Assembly (NCBI GenBank): GCA_048939465.1
Contig: JBHLPL010000005.1
Coordinates: 23,365 to 38,664 of the forward strand
DNA: 15,300 nucleotides
Reading direction: 5' to 3'
Source: Promethearchaeota archaeon
Lineage (GTDB): Archaea > Asgardarchaeota > Odinarchaeia > Odinarchaeales > JBHLKK01
The position numbers and the translations under genes are program-made. Position 1 is the stretch's first letter. Each line of letters begins with the position of its first letter. Shown in pieces: positions 7,040 to 14,851 of the stretch. The notes below the pieces were generated by a model. The model saw only the letters and a program-made list of their open reading frames with translations. It was not told the DNA's origin and searched no databases.

Positions 7040-9097
7040 TTATTGAGAGCTCTTTATCCTTCTAATTAATCTTTTCGCTTCCCTTTTGGGAGACGGTTTT
7101 TGAATTGCAGTAACGTTGAATTCGAGCTCTTGTGTGAATTCGTTATGAACAACTCTTCCCGATAGGATAAGTGTTTCTCCAGTGAGATCTTGAAGCTTTT
7201 GCCAAAGATCTTCATTTTGTTCCTCCTCTAATTTGAGGGCCTCTTCTGCATCAATCCCGACCAATTGTTCTGCGACTTCTCCCATGAAATTAGCCCGGAT
7301 AGTGCTACTACCATCATCTAATGTTGTGCTTGCAACCATTCGAGGAAGAGTCTTCTCCACAGGACCACATTTCGGACATTCAATTCCTTCCGATGTCATC
7401 GACGCCTTCTTAAAGCAATTTGGACAAGCATTGTACACGAGGTTCTTTCTATAAATCTGAACAATAGTAGCCATCACCTTAGAAACGTCCCGTTCTGAGA
7501 GTTCCGCTATTTTCTTCCGTGGTAATTCGGCTTTTATCCCTTTAGAAACCTCAATTTTTGGAATCTTAAGACCCTTGGGGTTTATTTCAACTTCAGCCAA
7601 TCTGCCTAAATGAAGTTCTATTCTTTCACCTAAACCAACTCGGGTGTACGCGTTCTTTATAAGAAGTACGTCATCCTTTTTGGCAGGAGTGATCTTCTTG
7701 GTGAGCGTGTCCCATGCAACAACGCGTATGCTACCTGTCTCGTCTGCTATTGTGAGACTGAGTAATTGACCAGTGCTCCCGTCACCTCGATTGAAATCCC
7801 GCATATCTGAAACGTCTATTACTCTTCCTTTAGTAGCAACACTACTAAGATCTGGTTTCAACTCATCAATGGGCGTGATTTCCAACTCCTTTGGCAGGAT
7901 TGAGGGCTCATCCTTAGGATTAATTTTAATTCCGCCTTGTCGGCCAACGTTAAGTGTTAGTCCAAAGGGTCCTGAACGAGCGTATCCCCTTTCAACTAAA
8001 ATTGTGTCTCCCGAGTTTATATCATCTGCAGAATCAGCATGATCACCCCATAAAACCATACTGATGGCAGCCGAATCGTCTTGTATGATGATTGTCGCCA
8101 TCCTTCCCTCGGTTCCATCTCTCCTAGTAAAATCTCTGATTTCGCCTATCGATAGTACTCTTGCAAGTACACTCACATCAAACATACCAGGAGTTAGTTG
8201 AGAAATCTTGACTCTGCCACCAGCCTCAACCCTTGGCAGTTCTACATCAAGTTCTGGATTGATTGAGATCTGGGTATTAATCCCTGCATGCAGTTCTGCT
8301 TCCCCCCCTCTCCCCTCTCTAGTATACCCTCTTTCGATTTCCAGGATGTCACCAGCTTGTACCTCGGAAACAACATCAGCTTTGTCGTTCCAAAAGACAG
8401 CCCTGATTGTTCCAGTCTTATCAGCAATAATAAGGCTCAACACTTTTCCTTCGGTTCCATCTTTTCTTTGAAACGTTGAGGATGAAAAAACGCGTTTCAC
8501 CACTCCTACTAGGTTGATATCAAACATATCAGGCCCTAATTCAGCGATATTGACTCTTTTCACGGAAACCTCAGGATATTCTTCGGAAGACACGTCCTTG
8601 GCATACGATACGTCACTATATCGACCAAGATTTAGTTCTAGTTGTTCACCTAATCCCTCTCGCGTATAACCTTTCAATATTTTAATTATTTGACCCTTAC
8701 GTATTTTACCGTCAATGATCTTTTCAGCATGCTTATCCCAAAAAACTACCCTGATTTTTCCACTATTATCTGCCAATATTATGTTTGTGACGATGCCTTT
8801 TTGCCCGTCGCTTCTGGTGAATTCTCGAACTGGATGGATCTCCAAAACCCTTCCGGTTATAGAAACGTTATTCATACCTGTAACGAGGTCTGCAATCCTT
8901 AGTTTGCCTTCTTCGTAAGCCACACCTTCAAAGACATCGACGCCTAGTTCTTTAGCAATAATACAAGCCGCTCCCTCATCAGTTATTAATCCTCCAAGTT
9001 CATCTTTCTTCTTGCTAACGCGGTCTAATACCTTCTTTCTAGTGAGTTTGCTTCTCCTGACAATTTTGCCCACTATTTCTTCCAGCGTTAAATTCAA
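7040..9097 (-). CDS. rpa: Replication protein A, large multi-OB-fold subunit with zinc finger
   Basis: N-terminal GGLITDEGAACIIAKELGV, four repeated OB modules (F.R.DG..G.V..I.LAD.SG.IRVVFW), and a C-terminal OB with CPNC...CPKC and LDDGS. Probable TTG start at 9097 after GGGGAAGG. Confidence 0.92.
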   Translation of the reverse strand: MNLTLEEIVGKIVRRSKLTRKKVLDRVSKKKDELGGLITDEGAACIIAKELGVDVFEGVAYEEGKLRIADLVTGMNNVSITGRVLEIHPVREFTRSDGQKGIVTNIILADNSGKIRVVFWDKHAEKIIDGKIRKGQIIKILKGYTREGLGEQLELNLGRYSDVSYAKDVSSEEYPEVSVKRVNIAELGPDMFDINLVGVVKRVFSSSTFQRKDGTEGKVLSLIIADKTGTIRAVFWNDKADVVSEVQAGDILEIERGYTREGRGGEAELHAGINTQISINPELDVELPRVEAGGRVKISQLTPGMFDVSVLARVLSIGEIRDFTRRDGTEGRMATIIIQDDSAAISMVLWGDHADSADDINSGDTILVERGYARSGPFGLTLNVGRQGGIKINPKDEPSILPKELEITPIDELKPDLSSVATKGRVIDVSDMRDFNRGDGSTGQLLSLTIADETGSIRVVAWDTLTKKITPAKKDDVLLIKNAYTRVGLGERIELHLGRLAEVEINPKGLKIPKIEVSKGIKAELPRKKIAELSERDVSKVMATIVQIYRKNLVYNACPNCFKKASMTSEGIECPKCGPVEKTLPRMVASTTLDDGSSTIRANFMGEVAEQLVGIDAEEALKLEEEQNEDLWQKLQDLTGETLILSGRVVHNEFTQELEFNVTAIQKPSPKREAKRLIRRIKSSQ

Positions 9098-9178
9098 GAT
9101 CCTTCCCCAATCTCTCTTCGAGTTTTGACCATATAAACGTCTCACTAACAGTATGACAGACGGAGTGAGAAAGCCTGT

Positions 9179-9604
9179 TTAGATATCTAATACGTATTGC
9201 AGTGTGATCTTCTCATGTTCTTGTCCTATCTCCATCTGGGCATATGTCGGCGCTTTGACCTCGGTTTTCTGGACGTGACGCTGAGGATCAAACTTCTCGC
9301 CCCATGCTTCACAATCAAGTGAACACCTAGGTACTTCTTTTATCCTGACCTTGAATTCAGTAAAGGCAATTCGCTCAGCATCAAAGATATAAATTAACTC
9401 ATCCAAGTAGTCATATAGGAGCGACTGCAAATCCTCCGCTTCGAGCTTGAATGTGTATTTTATCTTAGACTTTAGTTCAGAGATGTCGGTCATTATCTCA
9501 AAAAGCGCTCTTCCCGCTTGTTCGAACGCCTCATCGATTGTCCTTCCCCACGCCCGGATTAAGATATCTGCCGTATGTTCCAAGAAGGTGAAACCGTTGC
9601 CCAT
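9179..9604 (-). CDS. Archease (cofactor of the RtcB tRNA-splicing ligase)
   Basis: FTFLEHTADILIRAWG, LLYDYLDEL, AWGEKFD..RH...EVKAPTY and terminal VLDI. Start ATG 9604 preferred. Confidence 0.93.
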   Translation of the reverse strand: MGNGFTFLEHTADILIRAWGRTIDEAFEQAGRALFEIMTDISELKSKIKYTFKLEAEDLQSLLYDYLDELIYIFDAERIAFTEFKVRIKEVPRCSLDCEAWGEKFDPQRHVQKTEVKAPTYAQMEIGQEHEKITLQYVLDI

Positions 9605-9638
9605 AGTTGTATACCGTCCCACAATCATTTTTGCCTTG

Positions 9639-9962
9639 TCATTCAACCCTGCTCCCGAGAGAAACTATCCGATCAGGGACAATTAGAGAGACATTATCCC
9701 CGTCCACAGCAGCCAGCAACATGCCATTGCTGATCAGTCCGAAGATTCTGGCAGGTTTAAGATTTGTCAGAACCACTATATGTTTTCCTATAAGTTCCTC
9801 AGATTCATAATAGCCTGCTAATCCAGCAACTAGTTGTGTAGGCTTTTCTTTGCCCACATCGACCTCCATGCGTATCAGATTTTTTGAACCTTTGACGCGT
9901 TCAGCATTCAAGATTTTACCAGTCCGAATATCCATCTTCTTGAATTCATTTATTGTTATAAT
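9639..9962 (-). CDS. tRNA-binding OB-fold protein (Trbp111/CsaA/MetRS C-terminal-like); 5' end uncertain
   Basis: ITINEFKKMDIRTGKILNAERV..S.NL....VDVG, QLVAGLA.YY..EEL.GK, VLTNLKPARIFGLISNGMLLAA. Family-like sequence extends 9 codons upstream of the first ATG (9935). Confidence 0.85.
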   Translation of the reverse strand: MITINEFKKMDIRTGKILNAERVKGSKNLIRMEVDVGKEKPTQLVAGLAGYYESEELIGKHIVVLTNLKPARIFGLISNGMLLAAVDGDNVSLIVPDRIVSLGSRVE

Positions 9963-10226
9963 GATGATTCCCTCCTTTTGCAGCCAGTCAGTATTACTTC
10001 AACAAATTTCCTGACTCTGCATAGTCAGTACTCCTTTATAGAGACAAGAAAGATGAATAAAAAAGTATTCTCTGCTATACTCCATTGAATATAAAATTAC
10101 GGTTAAACATTAGAGTCTATCAGGGTTAGGCCCAGAGTATGAGTAGAGATTATTGACCATCCATTGAAACAGAATTAGAGAACTGTGCTCCCCAACATGA
10201 AAAGAAGCTGTTCCTAGACGTGAATC

Positions 10227-10625
10227 CTAACTACCAATGGGTGTCAGGTCTTTTATCAATTCCTTTATTATTTTCGCCGCGTCCTTCATCTCAAATAGAA
10301 TTATCCCAAGCTTTGAACCTGACGGTGCTAAAGCCACAAGGACTGAGGGGCCGCACTCACTCATTACGGCAAAACCATCTTTGCCGTTTACAATCACCTG
10401 ATCTATGTCTCCTCGTTCTAAAACAGAGCCCACTCTGCTACCCAAACCTAACATCATTCCTGCCATCGCAGAAATGCCAAACTCGTCAATATCCTTAGGT
10501 AAGGCACTCGCCATTACCAATCCATCTCGCGACACAAGAGCGCTTGCATCAATATCGCTTCTTTTTTCTAAATCCTCTAGTACACGTTCTAGTTTCTTTC
10601 TCAAAGGCACGACCTTTTCAGGCAT
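10227..10625 (-). CDS. Roadblock/LC7 domain protein (MglB-like)
   Basis: ASALVSRDGLVMASALP...ISAM...L.RG.IDQVIVNGKDG...LGIILFEMKDAA. Start overlaps the GTPase stop (ATGCCTGA). Confidence 0.9.
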   Translation of the reverse strand: MPEKVVPLRKKLERVLEDLEKRSDIDASALVSRDGLVMASALPKDIDEFGISAMAGMMLGLGSRVGSVLERGDIDQVIVNGKDGFAVMSECGPSVLVALAPSGSKLGIILFEMKDAAKIIKELIKDLTPIGS

Positions 10626-11274
10626 TCCACAACTCCCCCACAGGCCGATTGAGCAACTTCTTTCGTCTTATGATCTTCAACAATTCAATTAGTGCTCTAT
10701 CCACTCCCTCCCTATTTATGGCCGATACCTCGTGGATTTCTACCTCACTTATCCTCAATATTCGCCTTATTTCTTCTGCTCTCAATGCTTGCGGTACGTC
10801 TTGCTTGTTTGCTACAATAACGGTGGGAACACTTCTCCCCAATGCTACGTTTACTTCTTCTAGGAGAGCTAACGTATAGCCTACCTGACCTGGTCTCGTG
10901 CTGTCGACTACAAAAAGAACTCCATCACTCCCTCGAGATATTGCGGACCTTACATCCTTAAACCACATTTGACCGGGACTACCAAAGAGAAAAACGTTCC
11001 ACGCTTCCCAGCCATAAACATACGGACCGGGAGTTCGACTTTTGAACGATCTGATATCATACAGTCTGTCTTTCTTGCCATGGAGCCATACCAGTTTTCC
11101 TAGATCAAAACCCACTGTGGTCGAATACTCTCCCCACTCTTCACTATATCCCTCGCGCTCCATACTACATGCATTAGGATCAAGCGAGTGAATTATTGTA
11201 GTTTTTCCAGCTTGAAAGGGACCTACGACGAAAATCTTTATTTGGCGTTCGCGTATCAATTCTAGGGTATCCAT
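10618..11274 (-). CDS. Small GTPase, MglA-like
   Basis: G1 GPFQAGKTT, G2 STTVGFD, G3-like GSPGQ, VLFVVDST, G4 NKQD, G5 SA. Start ATG 11274 preferred over the track's GTG 11439. Confidence 0.9.
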   Translation of the reverse strand: MDTLELIRERQIKIFVVGPFQAGKTTIIHSLDPNACSMEREGYSEEWGEYSTTVGFDLGKLVWLHGKKDRLYDIRSFKSRTPGPYVYGWEAWNVFLFGSPGQMWFKDVRSAISRGSDGVLFVVDSTRPGQVGYTLALLEEVNVALGRSVPTVIVANKQDVPQALRAEEIRRILRISEVEIHEVSAINREGVDRALIELLKIIRRKKLLNRPVGELWNA

Positions 11275-11773
11275 ATCAGATTCACATCCTTCTGCAAATG
11301 AACACACCTTCTTCGAAGGTAGGACGAATTTCGGGTTCTTGATTAGTGCGGGATTTCTGTCGATGATAAGCTCTCGGCAGCCCGAAAGCCGATCCAGTAC
11401 CCTTCGACGAGCAGAATCGGGCTTAGCTCTTTCAGACACGGTGTTGAGCAGTTCTGCCGGAGAGGACGGGTTGGTATGCGCATCCCAAGGTTATTGTAGC
11501 CCGGATAGGTAGCTCCGTTCTCGGAACTGAATCCAGTTTAGACTTGTTTTGCTACCACCATTACAAGCCTTCGACCTCACTCACCGGCTCCTGGCTTTCC
11601 GGCGATTCTTTCTCAAGATATTGTTCTCTCGTTTGCTTTTATTCTCCACCTTTCACAAATCCATCAGAATTCAGCAACTCTGTGTTCAGCAAATTCCGAA
11701 CAGCGAGTTTGAAATCCTTTTAAATGTTCGCAGCAATCTACTATTGTTCCAAACAGTCGAGGAGGTCTCAGTC

Positions 11774-12148
11774 ATTAAATCGAGTCCTGAAACAGTAATA
11801 GACCTTGACGATGAGGTAATTCATCACGATATCCTGGTCATAGGAGGCGGTTTGGCCGGCCCGGGATATGCCTTGGAGTCGTCTAAGTACGCGGATACAG
11901 CAGTGGCAACAAAAGTTCATCACCTGCGATCCCACTCAGTGGCAGCCCAAGGAGGCGTGAACGCAGCTCTTTCCGCGAATGACAGTTGGGAAAAACATGC
12001 ATTTGACACAATCAAGGGGGGCGACTACCTATGCGATCGGAATGCAGTAAGGATTCTAACCGAGCTTGCACCAAGTCTTGCCATCACTCTCATGAGGCAA
12101 AGATCAAGCGAAAATAGGGGAGATGAGAAGATTGAGAAAAAGGGTTGA
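11774..12148 (+). pseudogene. sdhA: Truncated N-terminal fragment of a succinate dehydrogenase/fumarate reductase flavoprotein subunit
   Basis: HDILVIGGGLAG (FAD-binding), RSHSVAAQGGVNAAL (covalent-FAD His motif) and DSWEKHAFDTIKGGDYLCD. Similarity ends at about ELAPS (about 12075); the family is normally more than 500 aa. No in-frame ATG at the domain start. Confidence 0.85.
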
Positions 12149-13514
12149 AAAAGATTCATTGGGCGAAAGAGAAGTTCCCTATGATGTCTATTATGGTATC
12201 CAGACTTTAAGAGCCTTAGAGAATTTTCCAGTTACAGGCTATAGACCTCACCCCAATTTCATAAAGGCCTACGTAATGATAAAGAAGGCCGCCGCCCTAG
12301 CCAATATTAAGCTAGAGGTACTGAAAAAGGACATAGGGGAAGCAATCCTGAAGGCGTGCGATGAGATACTCTCGGAAAACCTCATCGATCAATTTGTTGT
12401 GGATGTTTTCCAAGCAGGAGCCGGGACTTCTTTCAATATGAATGTAAATGAGGTAATTGCCAATCGGGCCTTAGAAATACTGGGCCGAGAAAAAGGTAGA
12501 TACGATATAATAAGCCCGAATGACCACGTAAATAGAAGTCAGTCAACGAATGATACTTTTCCTACGGCCTCTCATGTGGCGATCCTGATTTCCTTAGATA
12601 AGCTTGCGTCAGCTCTAGTTCATCTTCAAGATACATTCGAGTCAAAAGCCGAAGAGTTTAAATCAGTTCTAAAATCTGGAAGGACCCACCTTCAAGACGC
12701 GGTGCCCCTAACCTTGGGTCAAGAATTCAAAGCATATGCAACGGCAATCAAAAGGCAGATTTCACACATAAATGAACGGAAAAAAGATATTGAAGAAATA
12801 GCTTTGGGCGGGACTGCTGTGGGTGTTGGTACAAATGCGCCAAAAGGATACCAAGATGAGGTCGTCCAGAGACTAGTAGAAATCTCCAATTTGAGTGTCA
12901 AAAAACCCTTGGATCTAAGAGAAGCTCTTCAGAGTCACGCCAAAATGGCTGCATTTTCCAGCTCTCTTAGGGAACTTTCACTTGAATTGATAAGGATTGC
13001 AAACGATTTAAGGCTTTTAGACTCCGGACCGGCTTCAGGAATCAATGAAATAAAGCTCCCTGCCGTTCAGCCAGGCTCCTCCATAATGCCCGGAAAGGTC
13101 AACCCAGTCATGGCTGAGTGCTTGAATATGATATGTTTCCAAATCGTTGGAAATGATTTGGCCGTAAGTATGGCTGTGCAAGCAGGCCAAATAGATCTGA
13201 ATGTGATGACGCCTGTTATTATCCACAATATCCTGCAATCTATGACTATGCTTTCAAATTATCTTCCTGTTTTTGCCGACAAATGTATTAAAGGAATTAA
13301 AGTCAACATAGAAGGAACCACAGAAACACTGCACAAGAATGCAGCCATCGCCACACTCTTGACGCCCTACATTGGCTACCTAGAAGCGGCCAAAATTGTC
13401 AAAGAATCATTAATAACTGGAAAGGCCATCGTGGAGTTGGTCCAAGAAAAAGGATTGCTTTCGCCGGACAAAATAAAAAAGATATTTGATTTTAGAAAAT
13501 ATCTCGAAGATTAA
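12123..13514 (+). CDS. aspA: Aspartate ammonia-lyase (fumarase class II/aspartase superfamily)
   Basis: R.EKDSLGE.EVP...YYGIQT.RA.ENF, QAGAGTSFNMNVNEVIANRALE, SQSTNDTFPTA, KSGRTHLQDA and the signature GSSIMPGKVNPVMAE. The PVMAE context favours AspA over FumC, but class II fumarase is not excluded. Confidence 0.8.
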   Translation: MRRLRKRVEKDSLGEREVPYDVYYGIQTLRALENFPVTGYRPHPNFIKAYVMIKKAAALANIKLEVLKKDIGEAILKACDEILSENLIDQFVVDVFQAGAGTSFNMNVNEVIANRALEILGREKGRYDIISPNDHVNRSQSTNDTFPTASHVAILISLDKLASALVHLQDTFESKAEEFKSVLKSGRTHLQDAVPLTLGQEFKAYATAIKRQISHINERKKDIEEIALGGTAVGVGTNAPKGYQDEVVQRLVEISNLSVKKPLDLREALQSHAKMAAFSSSLRELSLELIRIANDLRLLDSGPASGINEIKLPAVQPGSSIMPGKVNPVMAECLNMICFQIVGNDLAVSMAVQAGQIDLNVMTPVIIHNILQSMTMLSNYLPVFADKCIKGIKVNIEGTTETLHKNAAIATLLTPYIGYLEAAKIVKESLITGKAIVELVQEKGLLSPDKIKKIFDFRKYLED

Positions 13515-13610
13515 CACAGTCGACGTATTACCAAGAGGAAAAATAGTGTAGTTGGCGAACCCCCCCATCTTATTTTGATTGGAGCCCCGGGAGGGATTCG
13601 AACCCTCGAC

Positions 13611-13641
13611 GTCTGCTTCTAGGTCATTTTGGCTTTTGAAT
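13611..13641 (-). other. tRNA intron 2, non-canonical position 45/46 in the variable loop (31 nt)
   Basis: Central helix CUGU/GCAG, bulges UG^A and AC^G, intron helix UUC/GAA, weak outer helix (relaxed BHB). Removal gives the standard variable loop UGGUC. Confidence 0.85.
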
Positions 13642-13649
13642 CAACAGCT

Positions 13650-13677
13650 CTCTTGAGCTAAAGGTCATGTTTAGCCT
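13650..13677 (-). other. tRNA intron 1, canonical position 37/38 (28 nt)
   Basis: Exon helix GCAGC/GCUGU, central helix CUCG/CAAG (one C.A mismatch), bulges UA^A and AG^A, intron helix GGCUAAA/UUUAGCU. Confidence 0.9.
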
Positions 13678-13741
13678 TACGAGGCTGCCGCTCCACCGGG
13701 CTGAGCTACCGGGGCTTCTATCTCTTCTAAAATAATATGTT

Positions 13742-13758
13742 AAGACTTAAAGGTTTTG
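13742..13758. promoter_or_regulatory. Candidate shared TATA element between divergent tRNA-Thr and thiL
   Basis: The minus strand reads AAAACC-TTTAAG about 30 nt upstream of the tRNA 5' end. The same bases read CTTAAAGG on the plus strand upstream of thiL. Confidence 0.4.
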
Positions 13759-13800
13759 TATAGCATCTTAGAATTACCCATCAAAAAAAGGTGTATTGAA

Positions 13801-14811
13801 TTGAGCAATGATCCAAGACAGATTGGCGAGGTCGGAGAAAGGAAACTCATTGATATGATCATGTCTGTTCTGAAGCCTTCATCCTCAAACTTGCTTCCCC
13901 ATCCAGACGATGCAGCGGCGGTAAGAATGGGGAAAATCGTTGTCGTTCTTAAGACGGATACTTTTGTCGGAAGTACGGACATGCCGCCCCAGATGACATT
14001 ATCACAAGCGGGCTGGAAATCAGTAATAATGAATGTTAGCGATCTGGCAGCAAAAGGTGTAAAACCGAAATATTTCCTTACATCGTTATGTGTTCCAAGC
14101 ACTTCTACGGTTAATGACGTTCTAGAGATCGCCAAGGGAATCAATGCGGCAACATCAGCCTACAACATTGAGGTTCTAGGTGGAGATACTAACGAATCGA
14201 GAGATATTGTTATAACTGGTACACTCGTTGGCGAGGCAGAGGAAGATGAACTTATGTCTCGTAGAGGGGTTAAACCTGACGATCTCTTAGCAGTGACTGG
14301 AGCCTTCGGTTATACAGGAGCTGGGCTATCCGCTTTGTTAAAAGGATTTGATATCCCCCAAAAGATCAGGAACCCCATTTTGAGTGCTGTTCTAAAACCA
14401 AGAGCACGTCTAGCTGAAGGTTTAGCATTAGCGCGTTCTCACTCAGTTTCGTCATGCATAGATTCATCGGATGGGTTGCTCGCAAGTCTAAGTGAATTGA
14501 TGAAAGTCAATGAAGTAGGATTCCTAATTGAGGATTTGCCTGCAGGAAACGAAGTTGTTGAATTTGCAGAGATTTTCAAGGAGAATCTGGAGGATCTTGT
14601 ACTCTCCGCAGGGGAGGAATACGAGCTTGTCTTTACGTTTCCTCCATCAAGTTTGAGTAGAGTGAAGGGGGCTGTCAGTAGTGCTGGCGGGGTATTTCGG
14701 GTAATCGGCAAAGCAATTGAAGAAAAAAGAATTTTCTTGAGAAGAAACGGAAACATAACAGAAATGCAGCCAAAGGGATATGAGCATTTTAAGTCATCTA
14801 GACATCAATAG
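13801..14811 (+). CDS. thiL: Thiamine-monophosphate kinase
   Basis: GERKLID, DDAA, KTDTFV..TD.P, NVSDLAAKG, VLGGDTN, DSSDGL and AGEEYELVFT. Probable TTG start at 13801 after AAGGTG. Confidence 0.94.
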   Translation: MSNDPRQIGEVGERKLIDMIMSVLKPSSSNLLPHPDDAAAVRMGKIVVVLKTDTFVGSTDMPPQMTLSQAGWKSVIMNVSDLAAKGVKPKYFLTSLCVPSTSTVNDVLEIAKGINAATSAYNIEVLGGDTNESRDIVITGTLVGEAEEDELMSRRGVKPDDLLAVTGAFGYTGAGLSALLKGFDIPQKIRNPILSAVLKPRARLAEGLALARSHSVSSCIDSSDGLLASLSELMKVNEVGFLIEDLPAGNEVVEFAEIFKENLEDLVLSAGEEYELVFTFPPSSLSRVKGAVSSAGGVFRVIGKAIEEKRIFLRRNGNITEMQPKGYEHFKSSRHQ

Positions 14812-14851
14812 CTTCAATATAATACGTCAAAAATGGTTCAATGAGATGAAA

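Larger units (their letters stand above)
13580..13715 (-). tRNA. tRNA-Thr(CGU) with two introns and encoded CCA
   Basis: Mature 77 nt: GCCCCGG UA GCUC AGCCCGGUG GAGC G GCAGC CU CGU AA GCUGU UGGUC GAGGG UUCGAAU CCCUC CCGGGGC U CCA. All four stems pair; C2:G71 and U73 fit archaeal tRNA-Thr. Confidence 0.95.

Noticed and set aside
7600-8900. Repeated segments inside rpa
   Set aside because: These are the expected diverged tandem OB-fold domains, not a DNA repeat array.
9999-10004. Selenocysteine readthrough of the Cys-TGA pair upstream of the tRNA-binding protein
   Set aside because: No SECIS-like element was seen, and this protein family has no redox motif at that position.
9961-10014. Box C/D sRNA on the plus strand (ATGATGA...CTGA, about 54 nt)
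   Set aside because: No recognisable D'/C' boxes at the expected spacing, and the region is explained by the SD and 5' end of the minus-strand gene.
10990-11095. In-frame intron explaining the GTPase G2-G3 insert
   Set aside because: No BHB geometry was found, and the insert reads as ordinary protein.
11290-11545. SRP RNA, RNase P RNA or 5S rRNA
   Set aside because: Only isolated look-alike words (AGCAGAATCGGGCTTA, TGTAA, TTCCGAGAACGGA). There is no helix-8 CAGG-GNRA-AGCA, no GAGGAAAGUCC partner for P4, and no full 5S fold.
11549-11773. N-terminal 75 aa of the 199-aa track ORF
   Set aside because: No SD or homology; it reads as a chance open frame upstream of the sdhA-like fragment.
13515-13580. 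Integration site or mobile element at the tRNA 3' end
   Set aside because: No integrase, transposase, terminal inverted repeats or duplicated tRNA 3' fragment was seen in the window; no CRISPR array either.
634-14756. Antisense and overlapping track ORFs (e.g. 634..966, 2833..3072, 3329..3772, 7773..8042, 10220..10498, 13740..14144, 14439..14756)
   Set aside because: Shadows of well-supported genes on the opposite strand, with no motifs of their own.
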